Below are positions 19,170-28,028 of a DNA stretch of 64,000 nt, piece by piece. The notes under the pieces are model-generated. The model did no database searches. It was not told the origin of the DNA and worked only from the letters and a program-made list of their open reading frames with translations. Positions within the stretch are counted from its first letter, which is position 1. Each line of letters starts with the position of its first letter. The position numbers and the translations under genes were made by a program. Source of the stretch: Candidatus Binataceae bacterium (GTDB lineage Bacteria > Desulfobacterota > Binatia > Binatales > Binataceae); contig DATJMX010000030.1 in the NCBI GenBank assembly GCA_035508495.1, forward strand, positions 33,894-97,893, in the 5' to 3' direction.

Positions 19170-20846
19170 GTGGTGGCCGATTCGAGAAGCATAGTGGAAA
19201 ATCAAAGTTTCGCACCGATGTTGATGCTGCTGGCGCTGGTGGTAGCCTTCCTCTACCTGCATTTCTCGGGTGGCAGCGGGCTGACGCGGCTCTACGTCGC
19301 GGGGCTTCTGCTCGTCGCCTCGGCGCTTATCCTGATACCGAGTTTCGTCACTGATTTGCCCGACTGGTATTCGACGTGGCTCGGCGCGGCGAAGATCCAG
19401 CTCGGACTCGATCTGCAGGGAGGGACGCATCTGCTGTTGGGCGCCGATCTCGACTCTGCCGTGGTGACCCAGCTGCGACGCCGTGGCGACGATCTCAAGA
19501 GTCAGCTCAAGGCTGACAAGCCTCCGATCGATGTCGATATCACGCAGGACAAATCAGGGGCGCTGGTCGTAAAACTCAAGAACCCCAGCGATCGCTCCGC
19601 GTTCCTCGACCTGCTCTCGTCGGCCTTTACGGACCTCACCGTTAACACCTCGCCGACTGATAACGGCGGCCCGGCCTACACGCTGGCTTACAAGCCGCGC
19701 GAAGCTACCGAGATCCAAAAGAACGCGATGGACCAGGTGCTCGAGACGATCCGCAATCGTATCGACCAGCTCGGTGTTCGCGAGACGACCGTGGCGCAGG
19801 AAGGCAGCAATGAAATCCTGATTCAGCTCCCCGGTATCCAGGATCCCGAACGCGCCAAGGAGCTGATCGGCAGAACTGCGGTGCTGCAGTTCAAGCTGAT
19901 CGACGACTCGCACGACTTGCAGGACGCGATCAAAAACGGACCGCCTCCCGGAGACGATCTGCTCTACAGCTCCGATCGCCACACCCAGTACCTGGTCGAG
20001 TCTCCCGTGTTGCTCAGCGGCGATACGGTGACCGATGCGCGCGTGCGGCCCGGCGGGCGCCTCGAGGGACCGTATGTCGCGGTCGAGCTCGACCCGCGCG
20101 GCGCGGACATTTTCGATACGGTCACGGCCGAGAACGTCGGCAAGAAGCTCGCGATCATCCTGGACAACACCGTCTATTCCGACCCCGTCATCAAGGAGCG
20201 AATCCCGGGCGGGCACGTGCAGATTTCCGGGCGCTTCTCGATGGAGGAAGCGCACGACCTCGCGATCGTGCTGCGCTCAGGCGCGTTGAGCGCTCCTGTA
20301 TCGATCGAAGAGGAGCGCACCGTCGGTCCGACGCTCGGCCGCGAATCGATCCGCCAGGGTGAGATCTCTTTCGTGATCGGCGCGGGTGCGGTGCTGATCT
20401 TCATGGCGGTGTATTACAGCGGCGCGGGATTGCTTGCCGACTTTGGCCTCACGCTCAACATTATCTTGCTGCTGTGCGTGATGGCCGCGATGGGCGCGAC
20501 ACTCACGCTGCCGGGTATCGCGGGTATCGTGCTGACGCTCGGAATGTCGGTGGATGCAAACGTTCTCGTCAACGAGCGAATGCGCGAGGAACTGCGCAAC
20601 AACAAGTCGCCGCGCGAGGCGGTCAAGCTCGGCTATCAGCGCGCCTGGTCGGCGATTCGGGACTCGAATATCTCGACTTTCGTCGCCGGTCTCATCCTGT
20701 TTCAGTTTGGTACCGGGCCGGTTAAGGGTTTTGCGGTCACCCTGTGCGTCGGCGTGCTGACAGGCCTATTCTCATGTATCGTGGTGACGAGGGCGTGGTA
20801 CGACTATCGAATCATGGTGCGGCGTCTTGACAGGATTAGCGTGTAA
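19170..20846 (+). CDS. secD: protein translocase subunit SecD
   Basis: Periplasmic domain plus a C-terminal 6-TM bundle (GAGAVLIFMAVYY...GIAGIVLTLGMSVDANVLVNERMREEL). 558 aa, so SecD alone rather than a SecDF fusion. Confidence 0.85.
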   Translation: MVADSRSIVENQSFAPMLMLLALVVAFLYLHFSGGSGLTRLYVAGLLLVASALILIPSFVTDLPDWYSTWLGAAKIQLGLDLQGGTHLLLGADLDSAVVTQLRRRGDDLKSQLKADKPPIDVDITQDKSGALVVKLKNPSDRSAFLDLLSSAFTDLTVNTSPTDNGGPAYTLAYKPREATEIQKNAMDQVLETIRNRIDQLGVRETTVAQEGSNEILIQLPGIQDPERAKELIGRTAVLQFKLIDDSHDLQDAIKNGPPPGDDLLYSSDRHTQYLVESPVLLSGDTVTDARVRPGGRLEGPYVAVELDPRGADIFDTVTAENVGKKLAIILDNTVYSDPVIKERIPGGHVQISGRFSMEEAHDLAIVLRSGALSAPVSIEEERTVGPTLGRESIRQGEISFVIGAGAVLIFMAVYYSGAGLLADFGLTLNIILLLCVMAAMGATLTLPGIAGIVLTLGMSVDANVLVNERMREELRNNKSPREAVKLGYQRAWSAIRDSNISTFVAGLILFQFGTGPVKGFAVTLCVGVLTGLFSCIVVTRAWYDYRIMVRRLDRISV

Positions 20847-21053
20847 TAGCGATAGTAGGATTGCGTGAGGAATAGTTAACTCGTTGTTCATGGCAGAATA
20901 ATATCAACGCTAGCATCCGAGTCATGAGGCACGCAGCTCAATCAACAATCTACAGATTTCCGTGGCAGTTCCTTGACTTGTTCGACAACGGCGTATTAGA
21001 ACCGGCGACGCTCGAAACAATCCTGTAGAAAGGGCGTCTTGTTGGACTAAGAC

Positions 21054-21248
21054 ATGGCCGATAAAGACGACATCTTGTTGAATTCGCGTGAGGTCGCGTT
21101 TCTTCTGGACCTCAGTCCCGACACGGTCAATGAATTTGCCCGCCGGAATATTATTCCCGCCTTCAAGAAGGGCCGCCAATGGCGCTTTCGCAAGCGGGAC
21201 ATTACCTCAGTTAAACGACAGTTAAGGGGGATCAACGCTGCCGCTTGA
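21054..21248 (+). CDS. small HTH_17 / excisionase-family (MerR-like) DNA-binding protein
   Basis: LLNSREVAFLLDLSPDTVNEFARRNIIPAFKKGRQWRFRKRDI; a paralogue of 61632-61826 (LPAFKVGSDWRF). Lies in a visibly AT-richer stretch after secD. Confidence 0.5.
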   Translation: MADKDDILLNSREVAFLLDLSPDTVNEFARRNIIPAFKKGRQWRFRKRDITSVKRQLRGINAAA

Positions 21249-21352
21249 CGCCTGCTGAGATGGGATGTGCGGGGCGGTAGGCGGCAATCCTCGCCGTCGT
21301 CTGGCGCTCGGACCTCTCGCGTTGCGGTGCATTCTCAGGGAGTTCAAAACGA

Positions 21353-21964
21353 ATGGCAGAACCGCATGAGAGCCGAATCTATTCTGACCTGGCGCGCTTC
21401 TACGACCAGTTTTTCGGCCGCGCGTTTACCGATCACGAGCATGAGATAATCGAAGAGCTGAACCTGCGTCCCGAGCAGCAGGTGCTCGAGGTGGGCGTCG
21501 GAACCGGCATCGCGCTCGACGGCTATCCGCCCTACGTGCACGTCGTCGGCATCGATCCGTCGACCGACATGCTCGCGCAGGCCGTCAAGCGCGCCAATGA
21601 CAACGGATGGAAGCACGTCGAGCTCCGGACTGGCGACGCGCTCAATCTCGATATTCCCGATAATACTTTCGATTGCGTGACCTGCTTTCATGTGATCACC
21701 GTCGTTCCCGACCCATACAAGATGATGGCGGAGATGGTGCGCGTGTGTAAGCCGGGCGGCCGGATTGTGATCACGACGCACTTTCAGAGCGAGAATCCGG
21801 TGCTTTCGATTTTCGGCAACCTGCTCAATCCGATCACGCGCGTGCTCGGATGGACCTCGAAGCTCAAGAAGAGCAGGTTGCTCGAAGGCCAGCAGATCAG
21901 CGTCGTGACCGACAGCCCGTGCGGGCCTGTTCACCGCCTGTTGATTTTGCGCAAGACCGCCTAG
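21353..21964 (+). CDS. class I SAM-dependent methyltransferase (PmtA-like phospholipid N-methyltransferase candidate)
   Basis: Motif I VLEVGVGTGIAL and motif II FDCVTCFHVI; about 200 aa, like the small PmtA family. Confidence 0.55.
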   Translation: MAEPHESRIYSDLARFYDQFFGRAFTDHEHEIIEELNLRPEQQVLEVGVGTGIALDGYPPYVHVVGIDPSTDMLAQAVKRANDNGWKHVELRTGDALNLDIPDNTFDCVTCFHVITVVPDPYKMMAEMVRVCKPGGRIVITTHFQSENPVLSIFGNLLNPITRVLGWTSKLKKSRLLEGQQISVVTDSPCGPVHRLLILRKTA

Positions 21965-21979
21965 TTCCGTAGCCCTGAT

Positions 21980-23386
21980 TCAGACGGAACCTCGCCACTG
22001 GCCGTGGAAGCCCACGGGCACGCGATGGTCGAGGTGCGCCCGCGCGATCGGACCGCGCTCGATTTCGCTCGCATCGAAGATCGCAAGATGGCTCGCGTCC
22101 CGCGCCTCATCGTAGATGTTGGTCAGCAGGTAGCCGTCGCCCTCGGCGGCATCGTGCGATTCAGGCACGAAGACCGGTTCCGCAAGTGCGAACGCGGGAC
22201 CCGCGTTGTAGATGCGCATCTCGCGCGTCGAATGATCGAAGCGGCCGATGCCGCGATGGAATAGATCGTCGCTGCCAGGACCTCCAATGCATGCGACGTA
22301 GCCGTAGCGATAGGCGGCGCTCGTACGGCGCTCGTCGATACGCGGATACTCGCATTGCTCCTCGCACAGTCTCTCGATTGCGAACTTGCCGGGCTTGTCC
22401 CAATCGATCACCCATCGCGCGAGGCGCTGAGTCGCGAGTCGAGGTTCTGTCGGCGTTCCATCAGGATAGGGAAAAACCGCGGCGTCCTGTTCGCACACGT
22501 CGACGAAGATCCTGGAGTCGTTGCTGAAGGCATTCATCGAATGCCACGCCATCCGCGCTCCCGCCGCGAACCATCGGAAGTCTCCCGCGCCGCCATTGCG
22601 CGGTATCACGCCGATCTGCGTGCCATGGTTGGGCTCCCACGCGATCGCCGGAAGCCCCACCATCGCCCGTTTGATCGAAACGGTCACGGGACAGAACCAC
22701 ACCACGATAAAATCCTGCGTGATTGCGAAGTCATGAATCAGCGCCGGGATCGGACCGCGCATACTCATCGAGCGAACAATCTCGCCTGACGCGTTTGCGA
22801 CGTAGAGCTCAACGTCGCCGTTGAATCTGCCGCGAGGAAAGTTGGCGAAGAAAATCATCTCGCCCGTTTCACGATCGATCTTTGGATGCGCTGTCATGTT
22901 GCGCGGCAATCGATCGTTGAACGACCATCTACCGATCGTATCGAGCGAGTCGGGATCGATTTCGATCGGCGCGTGCCCTTCCTCTAGCGCGAGCATCTTT
23001 CTGCCGTGCCAGACGAGGTTGGTATTCGCGACGCCATCGGTGCGTATCGCGGCGACGCTTGGATCGGCATCGGAAGGATTTCCCGTCGTCGCGAAGAGGG
23101 CACGGCCAGCTTCGTTTTCGAGCTTCCACTGCTGCGTCCGCACCCATCGATTGCGATACGACACTCGTCCGCCGCGGATTCGAAACGCGTGTACCATCCC
23201 ATCGCCGCCGAGTGGATTGTAGATGCCGCACGGCGGAAATTGCGGATTCGGCCCGATGCGGTAAAACGTGCCATCGAGCGATTCCGGCACCTGACCTTCA
23301 ACGACCAGGTCCGCGTCGTCGTACTCAACCCGAACCGGCGCAAAACCCTTCGCCAGATATGGATTCGCTGCAACAGGCGTCGCCAT
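21980..23386 (-). CDS. carotenoid/stilbene cleavage oxygenase (RPE65/CCO family)
   Basis: The four His ligands are dispersed (e.g. MTAHPKID, HDFAITQ, HSMNAF, and a terminal FHGQW); seven-bladed propeller family. Start at MATPVAANPYL. Confidence 0.75.
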   Translation of the reverse strand: MATPVAANPYLAKGFAPVRVEYDDADLVVEGQVPESLDGTFYRIGPNPQFPPCGIYNPLGGDGMVHAFRIRGGRVSYRNRWVRTQQWKLENEAGRALFATTGNPSDADPSVAAIRTDGVANTNLVWHGRKMLALEEGHAPIEIDPDSLDTIGRWSFNDRLPRNMTAHPKIDRETGEMIFFANFPRGRFNGDVELYVANASGEIVRSMSMRGPIPALIHDFAITQDFIVVWFCPVTVSIKRAMVGLPAIAWEPNHGTQIGVIPRNGGAGDFRWFAAGARMAWHSMNAFSNDSRIFVDVCEQDAAVFPYPDGTPTEPRLATQRLARWVIDWDKPGKFAIERLCEEQCEYPRIDERRTSAAYRYGYVACIGGPGSDDLFHRGIGRFDHSTREMRIYNAGPAFALAEPVFVPESHDAAEGDGYLLTNIYDEARDASHLAIFDASEIERGPIARAHLDHRVPVGFHGQWRGSV

Positions 23387-23721
23387 AGGCACCTCCAACG
23401 ATTTCAAGCTGACAATCGCCGACGCTAGCAGCGCCTCAATATCCAAACAACACAAAAAGTCGCAAATTCACCGATTGTTGCTGACTTTGAGTTACCGGCG
23501 GAAAAGATTGTTTCTGTCAAGAGGATTCTGAGTCGGGAGAATATGATGGTTTTCCAGATTTTCAGGGGCAGAGGATTAATTGCTGCCGCTCGCATGCAGC
23601 CGCGTCCGATGAGCCGCTTATCACCAGCCCTGTGCATCAGCTTTCTCCGATCAATTGCCGTTGCCGCCGTGCTTTCGGATAATCGGCTTAGCGCCTGAGC
23701 CGAGAGGAGGGGCAGGTTTCG

Positions 23722-24261
23722 ATGCGATGTCCGCAGTGCGGGAGCGAACTGGCAGCCGGCGCGGCTTTTTGCTCGCGATGCGGCACGCGGCTCTACGTCC
23801 CAAAGCCGGCTGACGTTCGCGAGTACGCGCTCGCCAAGCTGCGGCCGTCGGCCTGGCAATTCGCGCACGCGTTCGTACTCGGCGCGATCATCATCGGCGG
23901 GGGTTCCTTCATCGTTTACAACAACCACGACGCCTGGCGGCCCGGCTTCGCGCTGGTCGCCTTCGGAATCCTCGTGATCACCTTCGCCGTGATCGCGGTG
24001 CGCGCCGTAAGTTGGAGTATCACTTCCGATCGCGTGATCGAGCGGCGCGGCTACCTCGCCTCGCGGCGGCGCGAGATGGAGCTGGCGGATATCCGCTCGG
24101 TCGAAGTGGATCGGCGCATCCTGCAGCGCCTGCTCGGACTCGGCAACGTGACGATCGCCTCGGCGGCGAGCGCCGATTTTGCGATCCAGCTCCGCGACAT
24201 CTATGATCCCGAGGCGGCGGCGGAAACGATCCGCAAGGCGCGCCTCAAACGCCTCGCCTGA
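23722..24261 (+). CDS. zinc-ribbon plus bacterial PH (bPH_2/YdbT-like) domain membrane protein
   Basis: MRCPQCGSELAAGAAFCSRCG zinc ribbon, two TM helices, then a PH-like module (ITSDRVIERRGYLASRRREMELADIRSVEV). Confidence 0.5.
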   Translation: MRCPQCGSELAAGAAFCSRCGTRLYVPKPADVREYALAKLRPSAWQFAHAFVLGAIIIGGGSFIVYNNHDAWRPGFALVAFGILVITFAVIAVRAVSWSITSDRVIERRGYLASRRREMELADIRSVEVDRRILQRLLGLGNVTIASAASADFAIQLRDIYDPEAAAETIRKARLKRLA

Positions 24262-24267
24262 ACGACG

Positions 24268-24918
24268 ATGTCGAAGCGACCTGACCTGCGCTACGAGCGC
24301 AAACTGTGGAAGACCGGAATCGAGGTCGTTGCCGGTGTCGATGAGGCGGGAGTCGGTCCGATGGCGGGGCCGGTGGTCGCGGCGGCGGTGATCTTCGCGC
24401 CGGAAAAATTTATCCGGGGTGTGCACGATTCCAAGCAGCTCACCGCTGAGCGGCGCGACGAGCTTCACGAACTGATTCGCACGGGAGCGCTGGCGATCGG
24501 TGTCGGAATCGCCGAGGTCGAGGAAATCGATCGGCTCAACATCTTCTGGGCGACGATGGCGGCGAGCCGGCGCGCGGTCACAGCGCTCGGCGTCGCGCCG
24601 CAGCACGTGCTGGTCGATGGCCGCAGGATTCCCGGCCTGGCGCACGAGCAGACGCGAATCGTCGGCGGCGATCGCAAGAGTTTCTGTATCGCGGCGGCGT
24701 CGATCATCGCCAAGGTCACACGCGATCGGATCATGGCCGAGCTCGACGCGCTCCATCCCGGTTACGGCTTCGCCCGGCACAAGGGCTACTGCACCGCGGA
24801 TCACTTCGACGCGCTTGAAAAGCTCGGTCCGTCGCCGATTCATCGCCGCTCATTCGCGCCCGTTGCCGAGAGCGCCCAACTCAGACTCTTCGTGGACGCC
24901 GATGACCTCGCGGACTGA
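24268..24918 (+). CDS. rnhB: ribonuclease HII
   Basis: VAGVDEAGVGPMAGPVVAAAV, DSKQL, GDRKSFCIAAASIIAKVTRDRIM. Confidence 0.9.
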   Translation: MSKRPDLRYERKLWKTGIEVVAGVDEAGVGPMAGPVVAAAVIFAPEKFIRGVHDSKQLTAERRDELHELIRTGALAIGVGIAEVEEIDRLNIFWATMAASRRAVTALGVAPQHVLVDGRRIPGLAHEQTRIVGGDRKSFCIAAASIIAKVTRDRIMAELDALHPGYGFARHKGYCTADHFDALEKLGPSPIHRRSFAPVAESAQLRLFVDADDLAD

Positions 24919-25642
24919 GCTGCTCGCGCTTTATCGAACTATCGGACTGGTCAGTCGATTCAACGGAAACGCAGACGTCGCGGCAGCGGCGGCGGTCCTG
25001 TGCGGCGCGCTTTCTCCGATGCGCGAAACTGACTGTATAGTCGCAAAGATTGATCGCGAAGTTCTGAAACTCGCGAACGAAGCGCCGCAGATCGCGACCG
25101 GCGGAATGCGCCACGCGCTCGAGCCGGCCTACACGGCACAGAATCGTAACCAACAGGCGATAGTCTGCTGCCTCTTTGATGACTCGATTCTGGCTGACGG
25201 CGAATTTCACGAGGCGATGAATGAAGCCGCCGTCGCCGCGCTACCGATCGTGTTCGTGTGCGAGAACAATTTCTACGGCCTTGGCACGCTGTTCGACGGC
25301 GCGAGCTGCCAGGAGGAGCTGTACCGTTTCGCCGCCGGCTACAAGATTCCGGCGTGGCGCGTCGACGGCGCCGACGTGCTGGAAGTCCGCGCCGCCGCGC
25401 TCGCGGCGGCAAATCACGCACGCGCCGGTGAGGGTCCCGCGCTCATCGATGCCGTCACGTATCATCCGCGCGGCGATTCGGCCGAGCCCGAGGGCTTCAA
25501 GCCGCCGCACGAGGAGATCATCCTGCATGAGCGCGAGCCCCACGCGACGTTGCGCGCGCGAATCGTTGCGGAGCATCCGGGCATTCAAACTGCCCTCGAT
25601 GAAATCGATCGCGAGTGCGGCTTTGCGCGCCATCGCGCTTAG
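24902..25642 (+). CDS. truncated/degenerate TPP-dependent 2-oxoacid dehydrogenase E1 alpha-like protein (possible gene remnant)
   Basis: Keeps the E1-alpha ends (ELLALYRTIGLVSRF; LPIVFVCENNFYGLGT; YHPRGDSAEPEG) but lacks the central GxHLYxGQEA, HRxHG and GKGGSMH blocks. About 246 aa, versus about 330 aa for a full E1 alpha. Confidence 0.45.
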   Translation: MTSRTELLALYRTIGLVSRFNGNADVAAAAAVLCGALSPMRETDCIVAKIDREVLKLANEAPQIATGGMRHALEPAYTAQNRNQQAIVCCLFDDSILADGEFHEAMNEAAVAALPIVFVCENNFYGLGTLFDGASCQEELYRFAAGYKIPAWRVDGADVLEVRAAALAAANHARAGEGPALIDAVTYHPRGDSAEPEGFKPPHEEIILHEREPHATLRARIVAEHPGIQTALDEIDRECGFARHRA

Positions 25643-25671
25643 GCCCAAAATGGTGATCGAGGATCTTCATC

Positions 25672-27084
25672 TTGGCGAACACACGTTACGACCTCGTGGT
25701 TATCGGCTCGGGACCCGGCGGATATGTCGCTGCGATCCGCGCGAGCCAGCTCAAAATGAAAGTCGCGGTTATCGAGCGCGATCGGCCCGGCGGCGTATGC
25801 CTTAACTGGGGATGTATCCCGTCGAAGGCGCTGCTCAACTCGGCCGAGACGATGGAGAAAATTCGTCACGCAGGGAAGGAGCACGGAATCGAGGTCGGCG
25901 AGATCAAGTTCGACTTCACTAAAGTGATCGCGCGCTCGCGCGGCGCCGCCGAGAAGCTCTCCAAGGGCGTGCTGTTTCTCCTCAAGAAAAACAAGATCGA
26001 TTTCTACCCGGCGAGCGCCTCGATCACCGGGCCTAATACCGTCGCACTCGCGCAGGCCGAAGGTCTGCCGGCACCAGCGGCGCCAGCGCTCGATGCGGAC
26101 AAAATTTTGATCGCCGCAGGATCGGGCGAGCGGCTTTTCCCCGGCATGAACGTCGGCGACGGCGTTGTGACGAGCAAGGAGGCTCTCGTGCTCGACAAGC
26201 TGCCCGCGAGCGTCATCGTCATTGGCGCCGGCGCAATCGGATGCGAGTTCGCATATTTCTACCAATCGTTCGGCGCCAAGGTGACGATGGTCGAGCTCGA
26301 AAAGCAGATGCTCCCCGGGATGGACGCCGAGGTCGCCGAGGAGCTGCGGCGCGCATTCGTGAAACGCGGCGTCGCCGTGATGCTCGGGCATGGCTACAAG
26401 TCGATGGCGAAGCACGGCGACCTGTGGTCGGTTACGCTCGATGCGTCAGGGACTGCGAAAACCCTCGAAGCCGAAGCTGTCCTCGTCGCGGTCGGGCGCA
26501 CGCCGCTCAGCCGCGACATGGGCCTCGAGAAACTCGGCATCGAGGTCGAGCGCGGCGGATTCATAAAGATTGATGAGTCATTCCGCACGGCCGTGCCGAG
26601 TATCTGCGCGATCGGCGACGTGGTGCGCCCGCCGTTGCTCGCTCATAAGGCGTCAGCCGAAGGCATCGCGGCCGTCGAAATCATGGCGGGAGTGCGCGAG
26701 CCGGGCTTCGATCTGCTGTCGATCCCCGGTTGTATTTATTGCATCCCAGAGGTCGCGACCGTGGGATTGAGCGAGGCCGACGCCAAGGCGCGCGGCCTCG
26801 AGGTGAAAGTCGGCAAGGTGCCGTTCCGCGCGATCGGCAAAGCGGTCGCGATCAACGAGGCGGAAGGCTTCGTGAAGATCGTCGCGACCACCCAATACAG
26901 CGAAGTCGTGGGATGCCAGATCATCGGCCACAACGCGACCGACATGATCTCCGAAGTGGTGCTGGGCAAGACCCTCGAAGCGACGACCGCCGAGCTCGGC
27001 CGCACCGTCCATCCGCATCCCACGATGTCCGAAGGTATAATGGAAGCCGCGCTGAACGCGGAAGGCGAGTCGATCAATTTTTGA
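25672..27084 (+). CDS. lpdA: dihydrolipoyl dehydrogenase (E3)
   Basis: YDLVVIGSGPGGYVAAIRA FAD motif, redox disulfide GGVCLNWGCIPSKALL, C-terminal HPHPTMSE. TTG start. Confidence 0.9.
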   Translation: MANTRYDLVVIGSGPGGYVAAIRASQLKMKVAVIERDRPGGVCLNWGCIPSKALLNSAETMEKIRHAGKEHGIEVGEIKFDFTKVIARSRGAAEKLSKGVLFLLKKNKIDFYPASASITGPNTVALAQAEGLPAPAAPALDADKILIAAGSGERLFPGMNVGDGVVTSKEALVLDKLPASVIVIGAGAIGCEFAYFYQSFGAKVTMVELEKQMLPGMDAEVAEELRRAFVKRGVAVMLGHGYKSMAKHGDLWSVTLDASGTAKTLEAEAVLVAVGRTPLSRDMGLEKLGIEVERGGFIKIDESFRTAVPSICAIGDVVRPPLLAHKASAEGIAAVEIMAGVREPGFDLLSIPGCIYCIPEVATVGLSEADAKARGLEVKVGKVPFRAIGKAVAINEAEGFVKIVATTQYSEVVGCQIIGHNATDMISEVVLGKTLEATTAELGRTVHPHPTMSEGIMEAALNAEGESINF

Positions 27085-27100
27085 TGATGAATGACTCTCT

Positions 27101-27270
27101 GTCATCCCGAGCGAAGTCGAGGGATCTTGGTGGTCCCGAAGGGACTGGTGCCAGACATCGCGCGCAGCGCTTTCATAATGAAAGGGCGCGGTCCCGCCCG
27201 CTGTCCGGAACCGGCCCCTTCGGGACGCTCCGAGATTCTTCGACTCCGCAGACTCCGCTTAGAATGACGG
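27101..27270. repeat. full-length palindromic MITE-like element of repeat family C (two inverted arms)
   Basis: Arm 1 TGTCATCCCGAGCGAAGTCGAGGGATCTTGGTGGTCCCGAAGGGACTGGTGCC...; the reverse complement of the 3' end (CCGTCATTCTAAGCGGAG...CCCGAAGGGGCCGG...) mirrors it. Confidence 0.6.
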
Positions 27271-27323
27271 AATAGATGGCAGCCAGTGATCGAGGGGACG
27301 ACAGGTAGTAGAGCGTAGTTTTT

Positions 27324-28028
27324 ATGAGCCCGCACAGATCACTCGATGTGGCGCGGCTGGGCGTCGTTCAGTATGAGACGGCGCTTACGCTGCAGACTGC
27401 GATGGTCGCGGCGCGTATCGAGGATCGTATCGGCGATACGCTCCTGCTCCTCGAGCATCCGCACGTGCTCACGCTCGGGCGCGGCGCTGACGAACGGTTT
27501 ATCGTCGATAACGGGGCGCATCTTCCGGTGTTTCGCGTCTCGCGCGGCGGCCAGGTCACGTATCATGGGCCCGGCCAGCTCGTTGCGTATCCGATTCTCA
27601 GGCTCGAAGGCGCGGCGCGCGACGTGGGTGCGTATCTCAGGAATCTCGAGCAGGTGATGATCGACGCGCTCAGCCGTTACGGAATAGTCGCCGAGCGGCG
27701 CAAGGGCCTCACCGGCGTATGGATCGGGACGCGCAAGATCGCATCGATTGGCGTGGGGCTCAAGCGCTGGGTGACTTATCACGGTCTCGCGATCAATGTT
27801 TCGACGGATCTGGATCGATTCGCCGCAATTGTTCCGTGCGGAATTGATGGATGTGAGATGGCATCAGTAGCCGGCGAAGGCCATCCGGAAGTCACGATGC
27901 GCGAGTTCGGCGACGCGCTCGCGATGGCGTTCGGCGCGGTGTTCGGCCACGACGTCATCACGACGATCGAAAGCGCGGCGCTGTGGCGGCTCGTTGATAC
28001 ATCCGCGAATATCCCGCAAGCTCGGTGA
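27324..28028 (+). CDS. lipB: lipoyl(octanoyl) transferase
   Basis: HPHVLTLGRGAD and RVSRGGQVTYHGPGQLVAYPIL, with a catalytic Lys region. Confidence 0.9.
   Translation: MSPHRSLDVARLGVVQYETALTLQTAMVAARIEDRIGDTLLLLEHPHVLTLGRGADERFIVDNGAHLPVFRVSRGGQVTYHGPGQLVAYPILRLEGAARDVGAYLRNLEQVMIDALSRYGIVAERRKGLTGVWIGTRKIASIGVGLKRWVTYHGLAINVSTDLDRFAAIVPCGIDGCEMASVAGEGHPEVTMREFGDALAMAFGAVFGHDVITTIESAALWRLVDTSANIPQAR

Noticed and set aside
23425-24843. 472-aa minus-strand ORF spanning the zinc-ribbon/PH gene and rnhB
   Set aside because: It runs across an intergenic region and two good plus-strand genes; highly Arg-rich.
24500-24901. N-terminal 134 codons of ORF 24500-25642
   Set aside because: This part overlaps rnhB in another frame. 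Only the portion from ATG 24902, which carries E1-alpha-like blocks, is plausibly coding.
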